A DNA stretch of 64,000 nucleotides from Ostreococcus lucimarinus (lineage: Eukaryota): NCBI GenBank assembly GCA_000092065.1, contig CP000589.1, one strand, 5' to 3'. Of this stretch, positions 1-9,172 are shown piece by piece (the stretch's first letter is position 1; the number at the start of each line of letters is the position of its first letter). A program made the translations under genes and the position numbers. The notes beneath the pieces are model-generated. The model had not been told where the DNA came from and did not search any database. It saw only the letters and a program-made list of their open reading frames with translations.

Positions 1-299
1 TTCTCGTACCCTGGTTTGCGCCATTTTGAAATCAGCGCCTGATCAGCGATTTTCTCGCGGCACAAGTAATCGTACAGCTCGCGCTTCAACGCTTTGCGCT
101 TGTACATCAAATCGAATACGAAGCGATTCTTCTCCCAGTGAATCCTGTGAATTCGCCACGACAACTCATTCTTCCTCTTCCCCTCGTGCTCCTCGTTCAC
201 CGCGTCCTTCATCTGATTCTCGAAATCCTCGATCGCGTGTTCGATCATATCGAACCCCTCGGGCGGCTGTTTCCCTTTCAATCGTCGTCGAAACGACAT
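1..299 (-). CDS. BUD31: BUD31/G10 splicing factor, 5' part only (C-terminus lies beyond the window start)
   Basis: Reverse-complement of 1-299 translates from an ATG at 299 to MSFRRRLKGKQPPEGFDMIEHAIEDFENQMKDAVNEEHEGKRKNELSWRIHRIHWEKNRFVFDLMYKRKALKRELYDYLCREKIADQALISKWRKPGYE. This matches the BUD31 N-terminal two-thirds nearly residue for residue from memory of human BUD31. Not in the ORF track because there is no stop inside the window. Confidence 0.8.
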   Translation of the reverse strand, partial: MSFRRRLKGKQPPEGFDMIEHAIEDFENQMKDAVNEEHEGKRKNELSWRIHRIHWEKNRFVFDLMYKRKALKRELYDYLCREKIADQALISKWRKPGYE

Positions 300-549
300 C
301 GCGCCTCGCGTTGGCTTAGGGATTCACCGGGACGATTGGCGTCGAAATATCACCCGTCGCCGCGCGAGGAGACTGTGATGCGCGCCGCGCACCGCTTAGG
401 GACGTGGACGTTGGATCACGCACTGTCGTGCGAACGCGCGCGCGCGTGATTCGGACGACGACGATTTGAAGACGCGCTGAGGAATGAGAACAAAGTCTAC
501 GCGCGCGAGCGCCGACGCCTCGCGGCGGATGGTTTCAAAATCTAAATGT

Positions 550-1938
550 CTAGTTGTCGACCGAAATTACGCGTCCCGTGGCGTCGCGCGTGAGCTTAGA
601 GTCGTCGCCGCCGTCCGCGGCGCGCCAAGCGACGTCGAGCTCGGGGCGGATGGCTCGCAGATTGTTGACGAGTCGCTCCCACTCGTCGTCTTGGGCGCCG
701 GGATTGCCACCGACGACGAGCGTTCGTAAATCAGAGAAAGTCTGAGGGTTTTCGAACGCTTTGACGACCGCGCGGAGGCCTTCGACGGTTAAACCCACGG
801 CACCGAGGTCGAGGAGCGTGAGAGAAGATCCTTGGCCGGCGCCGAAAATTTTTGCGACTCCGGCGTCGCCGAGTCCGGCGTTGTCGAAGAGCGCGAGAGA
901 CTTTGAAGCCTTCAGCACAAACCCCAATGAGTCGGCCGCGTCGACGGTGATCGCGCACGCTCCGAGATCAAGTGATTCTGGCACTCGAGTCCCGAACGCA
1001 CCCTTCGCGAGCGTGGCTAATCCAGCGTCACCGAACGCGTTGCCTCGTAAATTCGCACTCACCAAATTTGGACACGCGGCGAGGAAGCTGTCGAGCGCCT
1101 CGACGTCTTTCGCGTCCTCGATCTCGCACTGCACGAACTCAACCGCGGTGATGCTTAATTTTTGCGTTCCAATCGTGAACAGGCCATCGCCGAAGCACGC
1201 GTGAGCGCCCCCTTTACCGAGCTTCACGCCGTTCATCTCTAGCGCCTCCACGCTCGCTCGCGACGCCAAACCCGCGCCCACGGCGCGCAACCCTTCCGCT
1301 CCGATGGCGCATCTCGTCAAACCCAGTCGCTTCAACGGGCACGGTGACTTCAAGAACTCCCCCAGTGCGCTCGCGCTGGCGGTATCGAGCGCGTTATCCG
1401 TCAAATCGAGCGTCTCGAGCGTCGCTCCCTCGCTCGCTCCGTTAAACGTCGCCGCGTATCCCACCGCGCCCAATTTCTCATTCCTCCCCAACCGCAGCTC
1501 GCGCATCGCGCACTGCGCCATGCACTTCCCCAACGCCCGTCCGTGCTCGTCTCGCACGCCTTTATACTCTAAATCGAGCCTCTCCAGCGCCGCTCCGTGC
1601 GCCGCGCCCCGCAGCGTCGTCTCCAGCGCGCTCTCCGTCCCGTCGTCCCCATCGTCCCCGAACGTTTCGTCTCCCACGCACATCGACTTGATGGACGTAT
1701 TTATCGCCAAGCACGCCGCCCACGCGCGCGCCGCGGGCGCGCTCACGCGATGCCCCGAGGCGTAAAACTCTCGCACGTGTTCATTCTCCTCGAGCGCCTT
1801 CGCCGTGGCGATTTGCGTCGCTTCGTCGAACGCGCGCACGCGCAGCACGTGCACCGATCGAAGCGCGGCGTCGTTCGCTTCGATGCGCGCGAGCCAGGAC
1901 GGTCGATCGCCCTCGGGCGCGCTTTTACCCCACGCCAT
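550..1938 (-). CDS. Leucine-rich-repeat protein of the RNI/RanGAP-like class (LRR_RI)
   Basis: 462 aa ORF with repeated LxxLxLxxNxLgdxGaxxLaxaL units (LDLTDNALDTASASALGEFL, LGLTRCAIGAEGLRAVGAGL, ANLRGNAFGDAGLATLAKG, LDLGAVGLTVEGLRAV). Confidence 0.6.
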   Translation of the reverse strand: MAWGKSAPEGDRPSWLARIEANDAALRSVHVLRVRAFDEATQIATAKALEENEHVREFYASGHRVSAPAARAWAACLAINTSIKSMCVGDETFGDDGDDGTESALETTLRGAAHGAALERLDLEYKGVRDEHGRALGKCMAQCAMRELRLGRNEKLGAVGYAATFNGASEGATLETLDLTDNALDTASASALGEFLKSPCPLKRLGLTRCAIGAEGLRAVGAGLASRASVEALEMNGVKLGKGGAHACFGDGLFTIGTQKLSITAVEFVQCEIEDAKDVEALDSFLAACPNLVSANLRGNAFGDAGLATLAKGAFGTRVPESLDLGACAITVDAADSLGFVLKASKSLALFDNAGLGDAGVAKIFGAGQGSSLTLLDLGAVGLTVEGLRAVVKAFENPQTFSDLRTLVVGGNPGAQDDEWERLVNNLRAIRPELDVAWRAADGGDDSKLTRDATGRVISVDN

Positions 1939-1981
1939 CGGCGCGCGCGCGCGACGCGCGGGACGAACGGCGCGGCACTCA

Positions 1982-2872
1982 ATGACGCTTCGACGCCTCG
2001 TGGCGCGATGCGCGACGACCGCGAGAGCGTCGACGAGCGCCGCGGCGATCGATGCGTCGCGCGCGACGCGAGTGCGACGTCACGAGACGTCGGCGGTGAA
2101 GGATGACGCGGGAAAGTTGCCGGGACAAGTGGACGCGAGGGAAAAGGCAAAGTTTGAAGCGGACGCCGCGCTGTGGTGGAACGAAGGCGAGGGCCCGTTC
2201 GCGGCGCTGCACGCGATGAATCCGGTGCGGGTGCGGTTCATACGGGACGGCCTGGTCGGACAGTACGGCGATGTGCTGGGCGGGAACGGGCCGGGGGCGG
2301 CGCTGCGCGGGTTGAAAATTTTAGACGTCGGCTGCGGGGGGGGGATATTGGCGGAGAGTTTGGCTCGATTGGGAGCGCAAGTGACGGCTATTGATGCGGG
2401 TGCGGCTAACATAGCGATCGCGCGCGCGCACGCGGAGTTGGATCCGGATTTAGTGAAGAATTTGAAGTACGAGGCGGTGACGGCGGAGGAACTCGTCGAA
2501 CGCGGCGAAACGTTTGACTGCGTGACGAGTTTGGAGGTCATCGAGCACGTCACCGATCCGTTGGAGTTCACGAAATCGATTGCGAAATTAGTGAAACCGA
2601 AAGGCGCGTTGTTCGTGAGCACGATCAATCGTACGGCGAGATCGTTCGCGTTCGCCATCTTGGCGGCGGAACGCGTGCTCGGCCTCGTGCCGCCGGGAAC
2701 ACATCAGTTCTCAAAGTTTCTCACCCCTGGAGAGATTGCGATGATGGCGGGTCACGCGAATTGTGAGATGGTCGAGCTCGCGGGGATGGTCTACGACCCG
2801 TTGCGAAACAAATGGTCGTTATCTTCCGACACGCAAATCAACTTCATCGCGCACTGCGTCAAGTCGTCGTGA
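1982..2872 (+). CDS. COQ3: Ubiquinone biosynthesis O-methyltransferase (COQ3/UbiG family), mitochondrial presequence
   Basis: The ORF reads DAALWWNEGEGPFAALHAMNPVRVRF...ILDVGCGGGILAESLARLGAQVTAIDAGAANIAIA...FDCVTSLEVIEHVTDPLEF...KPKGALFVSTINRT. These are the UbiG SAM-binding and C-terminal motifs. The first ATG after the divergent LRR gene is at 1982 (MTLRRLVARCATTARAS, presequence-like). Confidence 0.8.
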   Translation: MTLRRLVARCATTARASTSAAAIDASRATRVRRHETSAVKDDAGKLPGQVDAREKAKFEADAALWWNEGEGPFAALHAMNPVRVRFIRDGLVGQYGDVLGGNGPGAALRGLKILDVGCGGGILAESLARLGAQVTAIDAGAANIAIARAHAELDPDLVKNLKYEAVTAEELVERGETFDCVTSLEVIEHVTDPLEFTKSIAKLVKPKGALFVSTINRTARSFAFAILAAERVLGLVPPGTHQFSKFLTPGEIAMMAGHANCEMVELAGMVYDPLRNKWSLSSDTQINFIAHCVKSS

Positions 2873-2954
2873 GTAAGCGCAGACGAATCGTTAGTTTTAG
2901 AGATTTATTTTATCATACACCGAAGCACGCGTCACGCATATTTCATCACGCGCG

Positions 2955-3491
2955 CTACGCCACGTCCCTGATCGCTATACGGCTCAGCACGGCGTCCGCT
3001 AAACTACCGATCTCGAGCTCATTCTCGTGCACCTTGTACCACTTCTTCAACGCCGCCTCGTCCACCGCCGGCCGCGCGTCGAACGCCACGAGCTCTCCCT
3101 TCACCACGCTTCGCACGCGCTCTAAATCTTCGTCGTTCGCGTCGAACTTACACACGATCAACGCCCTCGTGTTCTCGTCGCCGCCGAAGCGTCGAAACGC
3201 CTCGCTGATGTGCCGCGTCGGCGACAGACAAAACACCAGCTCGCTGTGCACCGCGCGCGTCACCATCGCCCCTCGCTCGCACGCGAGCGCCGCCTTGTAC
3301 GCCGCCAACTCCACGCACGCCAGGCTCGCGATCGCGCGCGCGTCCATCACCGCGCACTCGAGCGTCCCGTCGCGCACCGCCGCGCGCACCTCCTCGGCGT
3401 TCGCGACGTCCGCGAACGTCCACACCGCGAGCTCGCGCGCGGCGCCGCGAGCGGACGTCTTCGGCAGGCGCAGCGCGCGCGACGGCGTCAT
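2955..3491 (-). CDS. CGI121: KEOPS/EKC complex subunit Cgi121 (TPRKB)
   Basis: 178 aa. It aligns along its length with the human TPRKB sequence from memory (FADVANAEEVRAAV..G.L..AV.DA..I.S...A..KA...M.TR..HSELVF.LSP...ISEAFRRFG...L.V ... LKKWYKV..E.EIGSLADAVLSRIAIRDVA). Confidence 0.75.
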   Translation of the reverse strand: MTPSRALRLPKTSARGAARELAVWTFADVANAEEVRAAVRDGTLECAVMDARAIASLACVELAAYKAALACERGAMVTRAVHSELVFCLSPTRHISEAFRRFGGDENTRALIVCKFDANDEDLERVRSVVKGELVAFDARPAVDEAALKKWYKVHENELEIGSLADAVLSRIAIRDVA

Positions 3492-4270
3492 CCGCGCCGC
3501 TCGCGCGCGCGCTCGCGGTCGTCGTCCCGAATCGTCACTCGCGCGCGCGGCGATGACGACGACGTCCGACGCGCGCGCGAGCGCGAGCGCGAGCGCGAGC
3601 GCGCGTCGCCGCGCGAGCGAATCCCTGCGCGTGCTTCGCGACGGCGCCTACGCGCTCGCGCCGATCGCGTCGCCCGAGGACGACGCCGCGCTCGCGCTCG
3701 ACGGCGACGCCGCGCTCGACGGCGACGCGCGGCGACGCGACGACGCGACGACGCGCGTCGCCGTCCCGGTCGCGCTCGGCGCGAGCGAGCGGCGCGCGTT
3801 CGCGGACGCCGTCGCGGCGTCCGCGCGGGCGTCGAGGCGCGGATCGAGCGGCGCGCGGCGCGCGACGACGCCGCGCGCGACGCTCGAGCGCACCGAGAGC
3901 GAGCGCGCGCTCGAGGCGCTCGCGGCGACGGCGACGGCGACGTAGGCCGGTAGCCGCAGGCGTTAGGCGCGCGTGTATTTTACTCACCTCGATCGCGCGA
4001 CGACGCGTCGGATCGCCGCGCGCTCTGAGCGCGCGGCGATCGCATCGGTCGACGACGCGCGCGGTCGACCGCGCGACGCGACACATCCAGCCTCGCCTCG
4101 CTCGCGAGCGCCGCGGACGCGGACGCGCGGTCGAGCGCGGAACGACGTCGACGTCGACGCGGAATCGACCGCGCGAACGAGACCGTCGTCGTCGACGCGC
4201 GACGCGCGACGCGCGAATCGCGAATCCGAAATCGCGACGGAAACCTCGCGCTCGAACGCGCGCGGTGACG

Positions 4271-4591
4271 ATGAGCGATGAAGAGGCGCGCGCGAGCGCC
4301 GTGCCGGCGTCGGCGATGCTGTTCGCGGTGCACAAACACCTGCAAACGCGATGCGCGGAGAAGACGAGCGCGTTCTTGAAGTGCAAGAAGGGCGATCAAG
4401 ACCCGGAAAAGTGCCTGCGACAGGGCGCGGCGATGACGGGGTGTCTGGTGGAGGTGCTCAGGGACTTGAAGGCGACGTGTGGGGATGAATTGAACGCGTA
4501 CGCGGAGTGCTTAGATTACAGGAGCAATAACTTTGAAAAGTGTCGGCGGGAACAAGAGGCGTTTGAGACGAAGTGCTCGCTCGGGAAGTAA
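4271..4591 (+). CDS. NDUFA8: NADH dehydrogenase (complex I) subunit NDUFA8/PGIV, double CHCH (twin Cx9C) protein
   Basis: Four Cx9C pairs (CAEKTSAFLKC, CLRQGAAMTGC, CGDELNAYAEC, CRREQEAFETKC). Spacing and flanking residues match NDUFA8 (DP..CL..G; F.EY..CLDY; CR..Q..F..KC). Confidence 0.75.
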   Translation: MSDEEARASAVPASAMLFAVHKHLQTRCAEKTSAFLKCKKGDQDPEKCLRQGAAMTGCLVEVLRDLKATCGDELNAYAECLDYRSNNFEKCRREQEAFETKCSLGK

Positions 4592-4641
4592 GCGTTTGGA
4601 ACGCATTTTTTTTATCGCATCGTAGCAAAGTAGAAACATCC

Positions 4642-6948
4642 TTAATCTCCCTTCACCACGCGCGCGCCGCCGGATTCAACCTTGACTGAACGTAAAGGGC
4701 GGCGAACGAGCGATACGCACTGAATGACGTCCCCCATTCGGATGTCGACGACGTCTGCGAGAGCGATACCGCAGTCGCTACCTTTGCCGACGGCGTCGAC
4801 TTCGAGCCGGTGGCGGCGCATGGAAGAACAGTCGAGTAGCTCTTCGTGGATGCACACTCCGTCGCGAATCAACCTAAATTTCTCACCCGCTTTCATCGCT
4901 CCTTGGCCGACGACGCAGCCGGCGACGATGGTCGCGTTGTTGCCTTTCGCGCCGGACATGTCGAATATCTGCACGACGTTCGCCTCACCCTCGATTTGTT
5001 CGTGCTCCTCCATGGGCGCTAAGCCGGTGAGCATCTCTCCCACTTCGTCGAGTAAGTGGTAAATAACTCGGTGTCGAACGATGCGCACACCTTTCTGCTT
5101 GGCTAATTTCGCGAGCGAGTTGGGCGGCTCGCGCACGTTGAATCCCAGGACCGGAGCGCCGATGGCAGCGCTCAAGCTTATATCGCTTTCCGTGATGGCG
5201 CCAACGCCCATGAACACGACCTTCAATCCAACGGCTTCAGATGCGAGCCCTAAAAGAGCGTCGCGCACAGCTTCTGCCGTTCCTTGAACGTCAGCCTTGA
5301 TGATGACGTTTAAATGTCCTCGCTCTTCGGGATCAATTTCAGACTGATTCGCTGGCGCCGCCTCCTCGTCTTCACCTTTCATCCGCGCTTCGCGTTCTTC
5401 TCGTGCTTCGCTTATTCTCTTCGCTCTAGACTCGGATTCAACCATCGTGATGCTATCACCGGCCGAAGGAACCCCTTTCAAACCGACGAGCTCGAAAGGT
5501 TCAGCCGGACCAACGTGCGAGATTTGCTCGGCTTTGGCGTTGCGCAAGCTTCGAACTTTGCCATACTGATTACCCACGACCACATACGAACCGACTTTGA
5601 GCGTACCAGAGCGCAGTAATCCAGTAGCTGTCGGACCTTGCCCTTTATCTAACTTTGCCTCTAAAACAACACCATTAACTTTGCCCGAGAGAGACGCCTT
5701 TAACTCGAGCGCATCCGCCTCGAGGACGAGACACTCTTCCAATTCTGCCAATCCCTCACCTGTGATGGCTGAAATGGGAACACACTGCACTTTACCCCCG
5801 AATTCTTCTAATTCTATGCCCATGCTCCCGATCTCACTCTTCACTCGTCGTGGATCGGCATTTTCTCTATCAATCTTCGTAAGCGCGACGACCATCGGCA
5901 CCCCCGCCGCCTGTATGTGCGCCGCTGCCTCTCGCGTTTGTGGCATTACCCCATCATCCGCGGCGACAACAAGTACGGCAACATCCGTTGCCGTCGCTCC
6001 ACGCTGTCGCATCGCACTAAACGCGGCGTGACCGGGAGTATCGAGAAATGTCAGCGATCCGTGTCCGCCTGGAAGCTCGACGACGAAGGCGCCTATGTGT
6101 TGCGTGATTCCTCCCGCCTCGCCCGCGGCCACGGATGTCTTGCGCAACGAATCCAGCAGCGTCGTTTTCCCATGATCGACGTGTCCCATGACCGCCACTA
6201 CGCCTCGTCGCCGCACAACCTCTGTCGCGTCCGCGTTCGGATCCGGAGAGACGGAGATGTCCACGTTCAGTTCCAACCCGACCAACTCCATCACGTCCGT
6301 CGGCACCGCATCCTCGCTCGACGCCAAGGACTCACCCAAGTTCGCTAGCACAGTTTCTAAATCCCGAGTTTCCATCTCCAATACCCTCGCCAACTCTACC
6401 AAAGTCGTTCCCTCCGCGATCTCCGCGGCGCCGCCCGCGCGCGGACTCTCGAGCGACCGAGCCTCCCTCGCGTTCTCCCCGGCGGCGTCCTTCCTCTTCG
6501 CCCGCACCGTCCCTTTCCCAGCCACGCTAAATTTCCTATATTTAGAAATCTTTTCCTTCGTCTTCTTCGATCGCTTCCCGTCGCCGTCGTCCTCCTCCTC
6601 GTCAGCGGTGAGTTTCTTTCCCTTGTACCCGACGCGCGGCTTCTCTCTCGCCGTCGCGCTCGTCGCGCCCGTCCCGTCCCGACCCTTCGCCATCGTCATC
6701 ATCGACGACGTCCCGAACGATCTGCGCGCGCGCGACGACGGACGATCGCCGTCCGCGCGCGACGTCGTCGTCGTCCGCGCGCGAGCCGCCGCGAGCGCAC
6801 CAATCGCGCGCGCGTTCGCGGAATGCGGCGCGTCTCGCGCGTCCGAGCGCGCGCGCGCGCGATCGTCGACGCTCGGGGTCATCGTCGACAGCGCGCGCGT
6901 CGCGGCGCGGGCGCTCGTCGACGCGCGCGACGCCGCGCGACGAATCAT
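4642..6948 (-). CDS. infB: Bacterial-type translation initiation factor IF-2 (organellar), with N-terminal Arg/Ala-rich extension
   Basis: GTPase domain (VVAVMGHVDHGKTTLLD, LDTPGH, TKID) followed by IF-2 domains (GKVRSL.., VIIKADVQGTAEAV, GAITESDISLS, KGVRIV.HRVIYHLLDE). The ORF extends to 7143, but the ATG at 6948 (MIRRAASRAS...) gives a plausible presequence and avoids overlap with the divergent gene. Confidence 0.85.
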   Translation of the reverse strand: MIRRAASRASTSARAATRALSTMTPSVDDRARARSDARDAPHSANARAIGALAAARARTTTTSRADGDRPSSRARRSFGTSSMMTMAKGRDGTGATSATAREKPRVGYKGKKLTADEEEDDGDGKRSKKTKEKISKYRKFSVAGKGTVRAKRKDAAGENAREARSLESPRAGGAAEIAEGTTLVELARVLEMETRDLETVLANLGESLASSEDAVPTDVMELVGLELNVDISVSPDPNADATEVVRRRGVVAVMGHVDHGKTTLLDSLRKTSVAAGEAGGITQHIGAFVVELPGGHGSLTFLDTPGHAAFSAMRQRGATATDVAVLVVAADDGVMPQTREAAAHIQAAGVPMVVALTKIDRENADPRRVKSEIGSMGIELEEFGGKVQCVPISAITGEGLAELEECLVLEADALELKASLSGKVNGVVLEAKLDKGQGPTATGLLRSGTLKVGSYVVVGNQYGKVRSLRNAKAEQISHVGPAEPFELVGLKGVPSAGDSITMVESESRAKRISEAREEREARMKGEDEEAAPANQSEIDPEERGHLNVIIKADVQGTAEAVRDALLGLASEAVGLKVVFMGVGAITESDISLSAAIGAPVLGFNVREPPNSLAKLAKQKGVRIVRHRVIYHLLDEVGEMLTGLAPMEEHEQIEGEANVVQIFDMSGAKGNNATIVAGCVVGQGAMKAGEKFRLIRDGVCIHEELLDCSSMRRHRLEVDAVGKGSDCGIALADVVDIRMGDVIQCVSLVRRPLRSVKVESGGARVVKGD

Positions 6949-6978
6949 CGTCGACGGCGCGCGCGACACACCGCGGCG

Positions 6979-8256
6979 ATGACGGCGCGCGCGCTCGCGA
7001 CGACGTCGAGCGCGAGCGCGTCGACGAGCGCGCGCGCGCGTCGATGGAGCGCGCGCGCGACGCCGGACGCGAGGCGTCGACGAGTGTCGGCGGCGGCGAT
7101 GCGGCGCGGGCGTTCGGTGTCGACACCGCGCGAAGGCCGACACCGAAGACGCGTCGACGCGCGCTCGAGGGCGAGCGAGGACGATCCGGACGGCGAGGAC
7201 GATACCTCGGACGCGCGCGGGAGCGACGACGGCGTTCGGGCGGTGAAGGCGTGGTTGCGAGAGAACTTTTTCTTCGCGGGCGTGGGGGCGGCGGCGTGCG
7301 CGAGCGCGTCGCCAGAGTTTCGCGACGTCGTGGAGTCGTTCGGTGGTGCGGCGGGAGGGTCGTGGGGGTCGGGAGGGTTGGAAAAGTATGCCATCGCAGC
7401 CTTATTCTTCATCGCGGGCGTTGGATTACCGGTGAGAGCGTTGAAGGAAGCCGCGAGCGACGTGTCGCTCAACGCGTTTACGCAGGCGTTCATCTTCGTC
7501 TTTCCGACGATCGTCATAGCCGCAGCCGCGCCGGTTTTGATTGAATCGGGGTGGTTGAGCGAGAACGTGGTCGATGGTTTATTCGTGTTGGCGTGCTTGC
7601 CCACGACAGTAGGTTCCGGCGTGGCGTTCACGCGGTCGGCGAACGGGAACGTCGAAGCCGCCTTGCTGAATTCCATGGCGGCGAACCTCGCGGGTATTTT
7701 CTTGACCCCTGCGTTGATACATTTCTATCTCGGCGCCGACAGCTCGGTGGATCCGATCGCATCGAGTTCGAAGCTGCTCGTTCAAGCATTTTTACCCGTC
7801 GCTCTCGGTATGAGCTTGCGTTTGATCCCGGGCGTGGCGTCCGCCGCCGAGGGCGGCTTGAAGGAGCCGAGCAAACTGCTCGGCGATGCCATTTTGCTCG
7901 CCATCATCGCCAAAACCTTCGTCACAGCGGAACAAAGCGAGGCGGGGATGTTAGATTTCAACTCAAGCGCACACTTAGTGAGCGTCTTGTTGGTGTTCAT
8001 GCTCTTGCACAAGGGATCGATTTTTTTGGCGGCGTCTCGCGTCGGCGCCTTCTCGCGCGAGGACGTCGTCTGCGCCCTATACATGGGTTCGCACAAAACC
8101 TTAGCGTTCGGCTTGCCTTTGATATCGACCACGTTCGAGGGCGATCCCAATCTCGCGTCTTATGTGCTTCCCTTGGTGATTTACCACCCCCTTCAAATAT
8201 TCGCGAGCTCGCTCCTCGCGCGCCCTCTGGCGCGGTACGAGAAGCGGCGCGAATGA
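6979..8256 (+). CDS. Sodium/bile-acid symporter family (BASS/SBF-like) membrane transporter, probable plastid envelope
   Basis: C-terminal about 330 aa is polytopic membrane with SBF-like segments (FFIAGVGLPVRALKEA, LACLPTTVGSGVAFT, AANLAGIFLTPALI, ALYMGSHKTLAFGLPL). N-terminus is a Thr/Ser/Ala-rich presequence. The start is ambiguous (6979 or 7099). Confidence 0.65.
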   Translation: MTARALATTSSASASTSARARRWSARATPDARRRRVSAAAMRRGRSVSTPREGRHRRRVDARSRASEDDPDGEDDTSDARGSDDGVRAVKAWLRENFFFAGVGAAACASASPEFRDVVESFGGAAGGSWGSGGLEKYAIAALFFIAGVGLPVRALKEAASDVSLNAFTQAFIFVFPTIVIAAAAPVLIESGWLSENVVDGLFVLACLPTTVGSGVAFTRSANGNVEAALLNSMAANLAGIFLTPALIHFYLGADSSVDPIASSSKLLVQAFLPVALGMSLRLIPGVASAAEGGLKEPSKLLGDAILLAIIAKTFVTAEQSEAGMLDFNSSAHLVSVLLVFMLLHKGSIFLAASRVGAFSREDVVCALYMGSHKTLAFGLPLISTTFEGDPNLASYVLPLVIYHPLQIFASSLLARPLARYEKRRE

Positions 8257-9172
8257 ATCTTCCTAGCGACTTAGCGAGTCAAATAGCGAGCGATTAGCGA
8301 TTAGTGCGTGCATCGCGACGCGACGCGCGTTCGACGCGCGTCGACGTCGTCGATAAATTAAAAGCGAGCCCATCGTATTGACAAGCCGCCGAGCGCGCGC
8401 GCGCCCGGCGACGAAACCCTACGTCGTCCCTCGCGAAGAATCACAACCTACTAATTCGTCCGCCTCCGCGCTCGAACCGCCGTCGAGCGCTCCCCGCGCC
8501 TCGCGCGCGTCCCTCTTCTTCGGTGCGTTCACTTGGACACGACCGTCATCACCGCCGGCGCCGTCGCCGGATCCACCGTCGGGTACTCCACCGCCTTGCG
8601 GTTTCGGTCGCTCGGTCGATGCTTCTTCGGTCGCGTGTCGGTGTGTCCCTTCGTCGCCTTCTTCCGCACGTGTCGCGCCGCCTTCACGGTGAACGTCATC
8701 GGAGCCCCGATCGTGATCGCCATCGCGTCTCGCCGAGCGCGCGCGCGTGTGCGTGCGCCGCGGTGGCGGCGTGGCGCGCACGCATGCGTGCTCATTCATT
8801 CGCGTCGACGCCGCGTCGACGCCGCGCCCGACGTCGCCTTCTTCCGCACGATCGCCCTCGCGAGCGCCATCACCGCGCCGTCGCGTGCGCGCGCGCTAAA
8901 AAAATAAAAAAAAACCACCCCCCCCCGATCGAAGGGTCAGGACTCGTCGATCGCCGCCCCCGGACGAACGTAAAACCTAGCCCATCGCCGCGCGCGCGCG
9001 CTTCGATCGTCGTCCGCCGCGTCGCGTCGTTTTGTCGTTTTATCCAAAAGGGAGGCGCGCGCGCGTGTGCGTGCGCCGCGGCGACGCGCGCGGGATCGCC
9101 GCGCGGCACTCGCGGGCGGACGATCCGAGCCGTCGCGCGCGAAGGCGAAGCTCTCGCGCGCGTCGATCGACG

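Noticed and set aside
3210-4386. Long overlapping ORFs on both strands (3210..3953+, 3535..4386-, 3148..3423-) encoding Arg/Ala/Asp-rich proteins
   Set aside because: They lie in a (GCGAGC)n/(GCGNCG)n low-complexity spacer between Cgi121 and NDUFA8. All six frames are open because stop codons are depleted at this GC content. No domain signatures.
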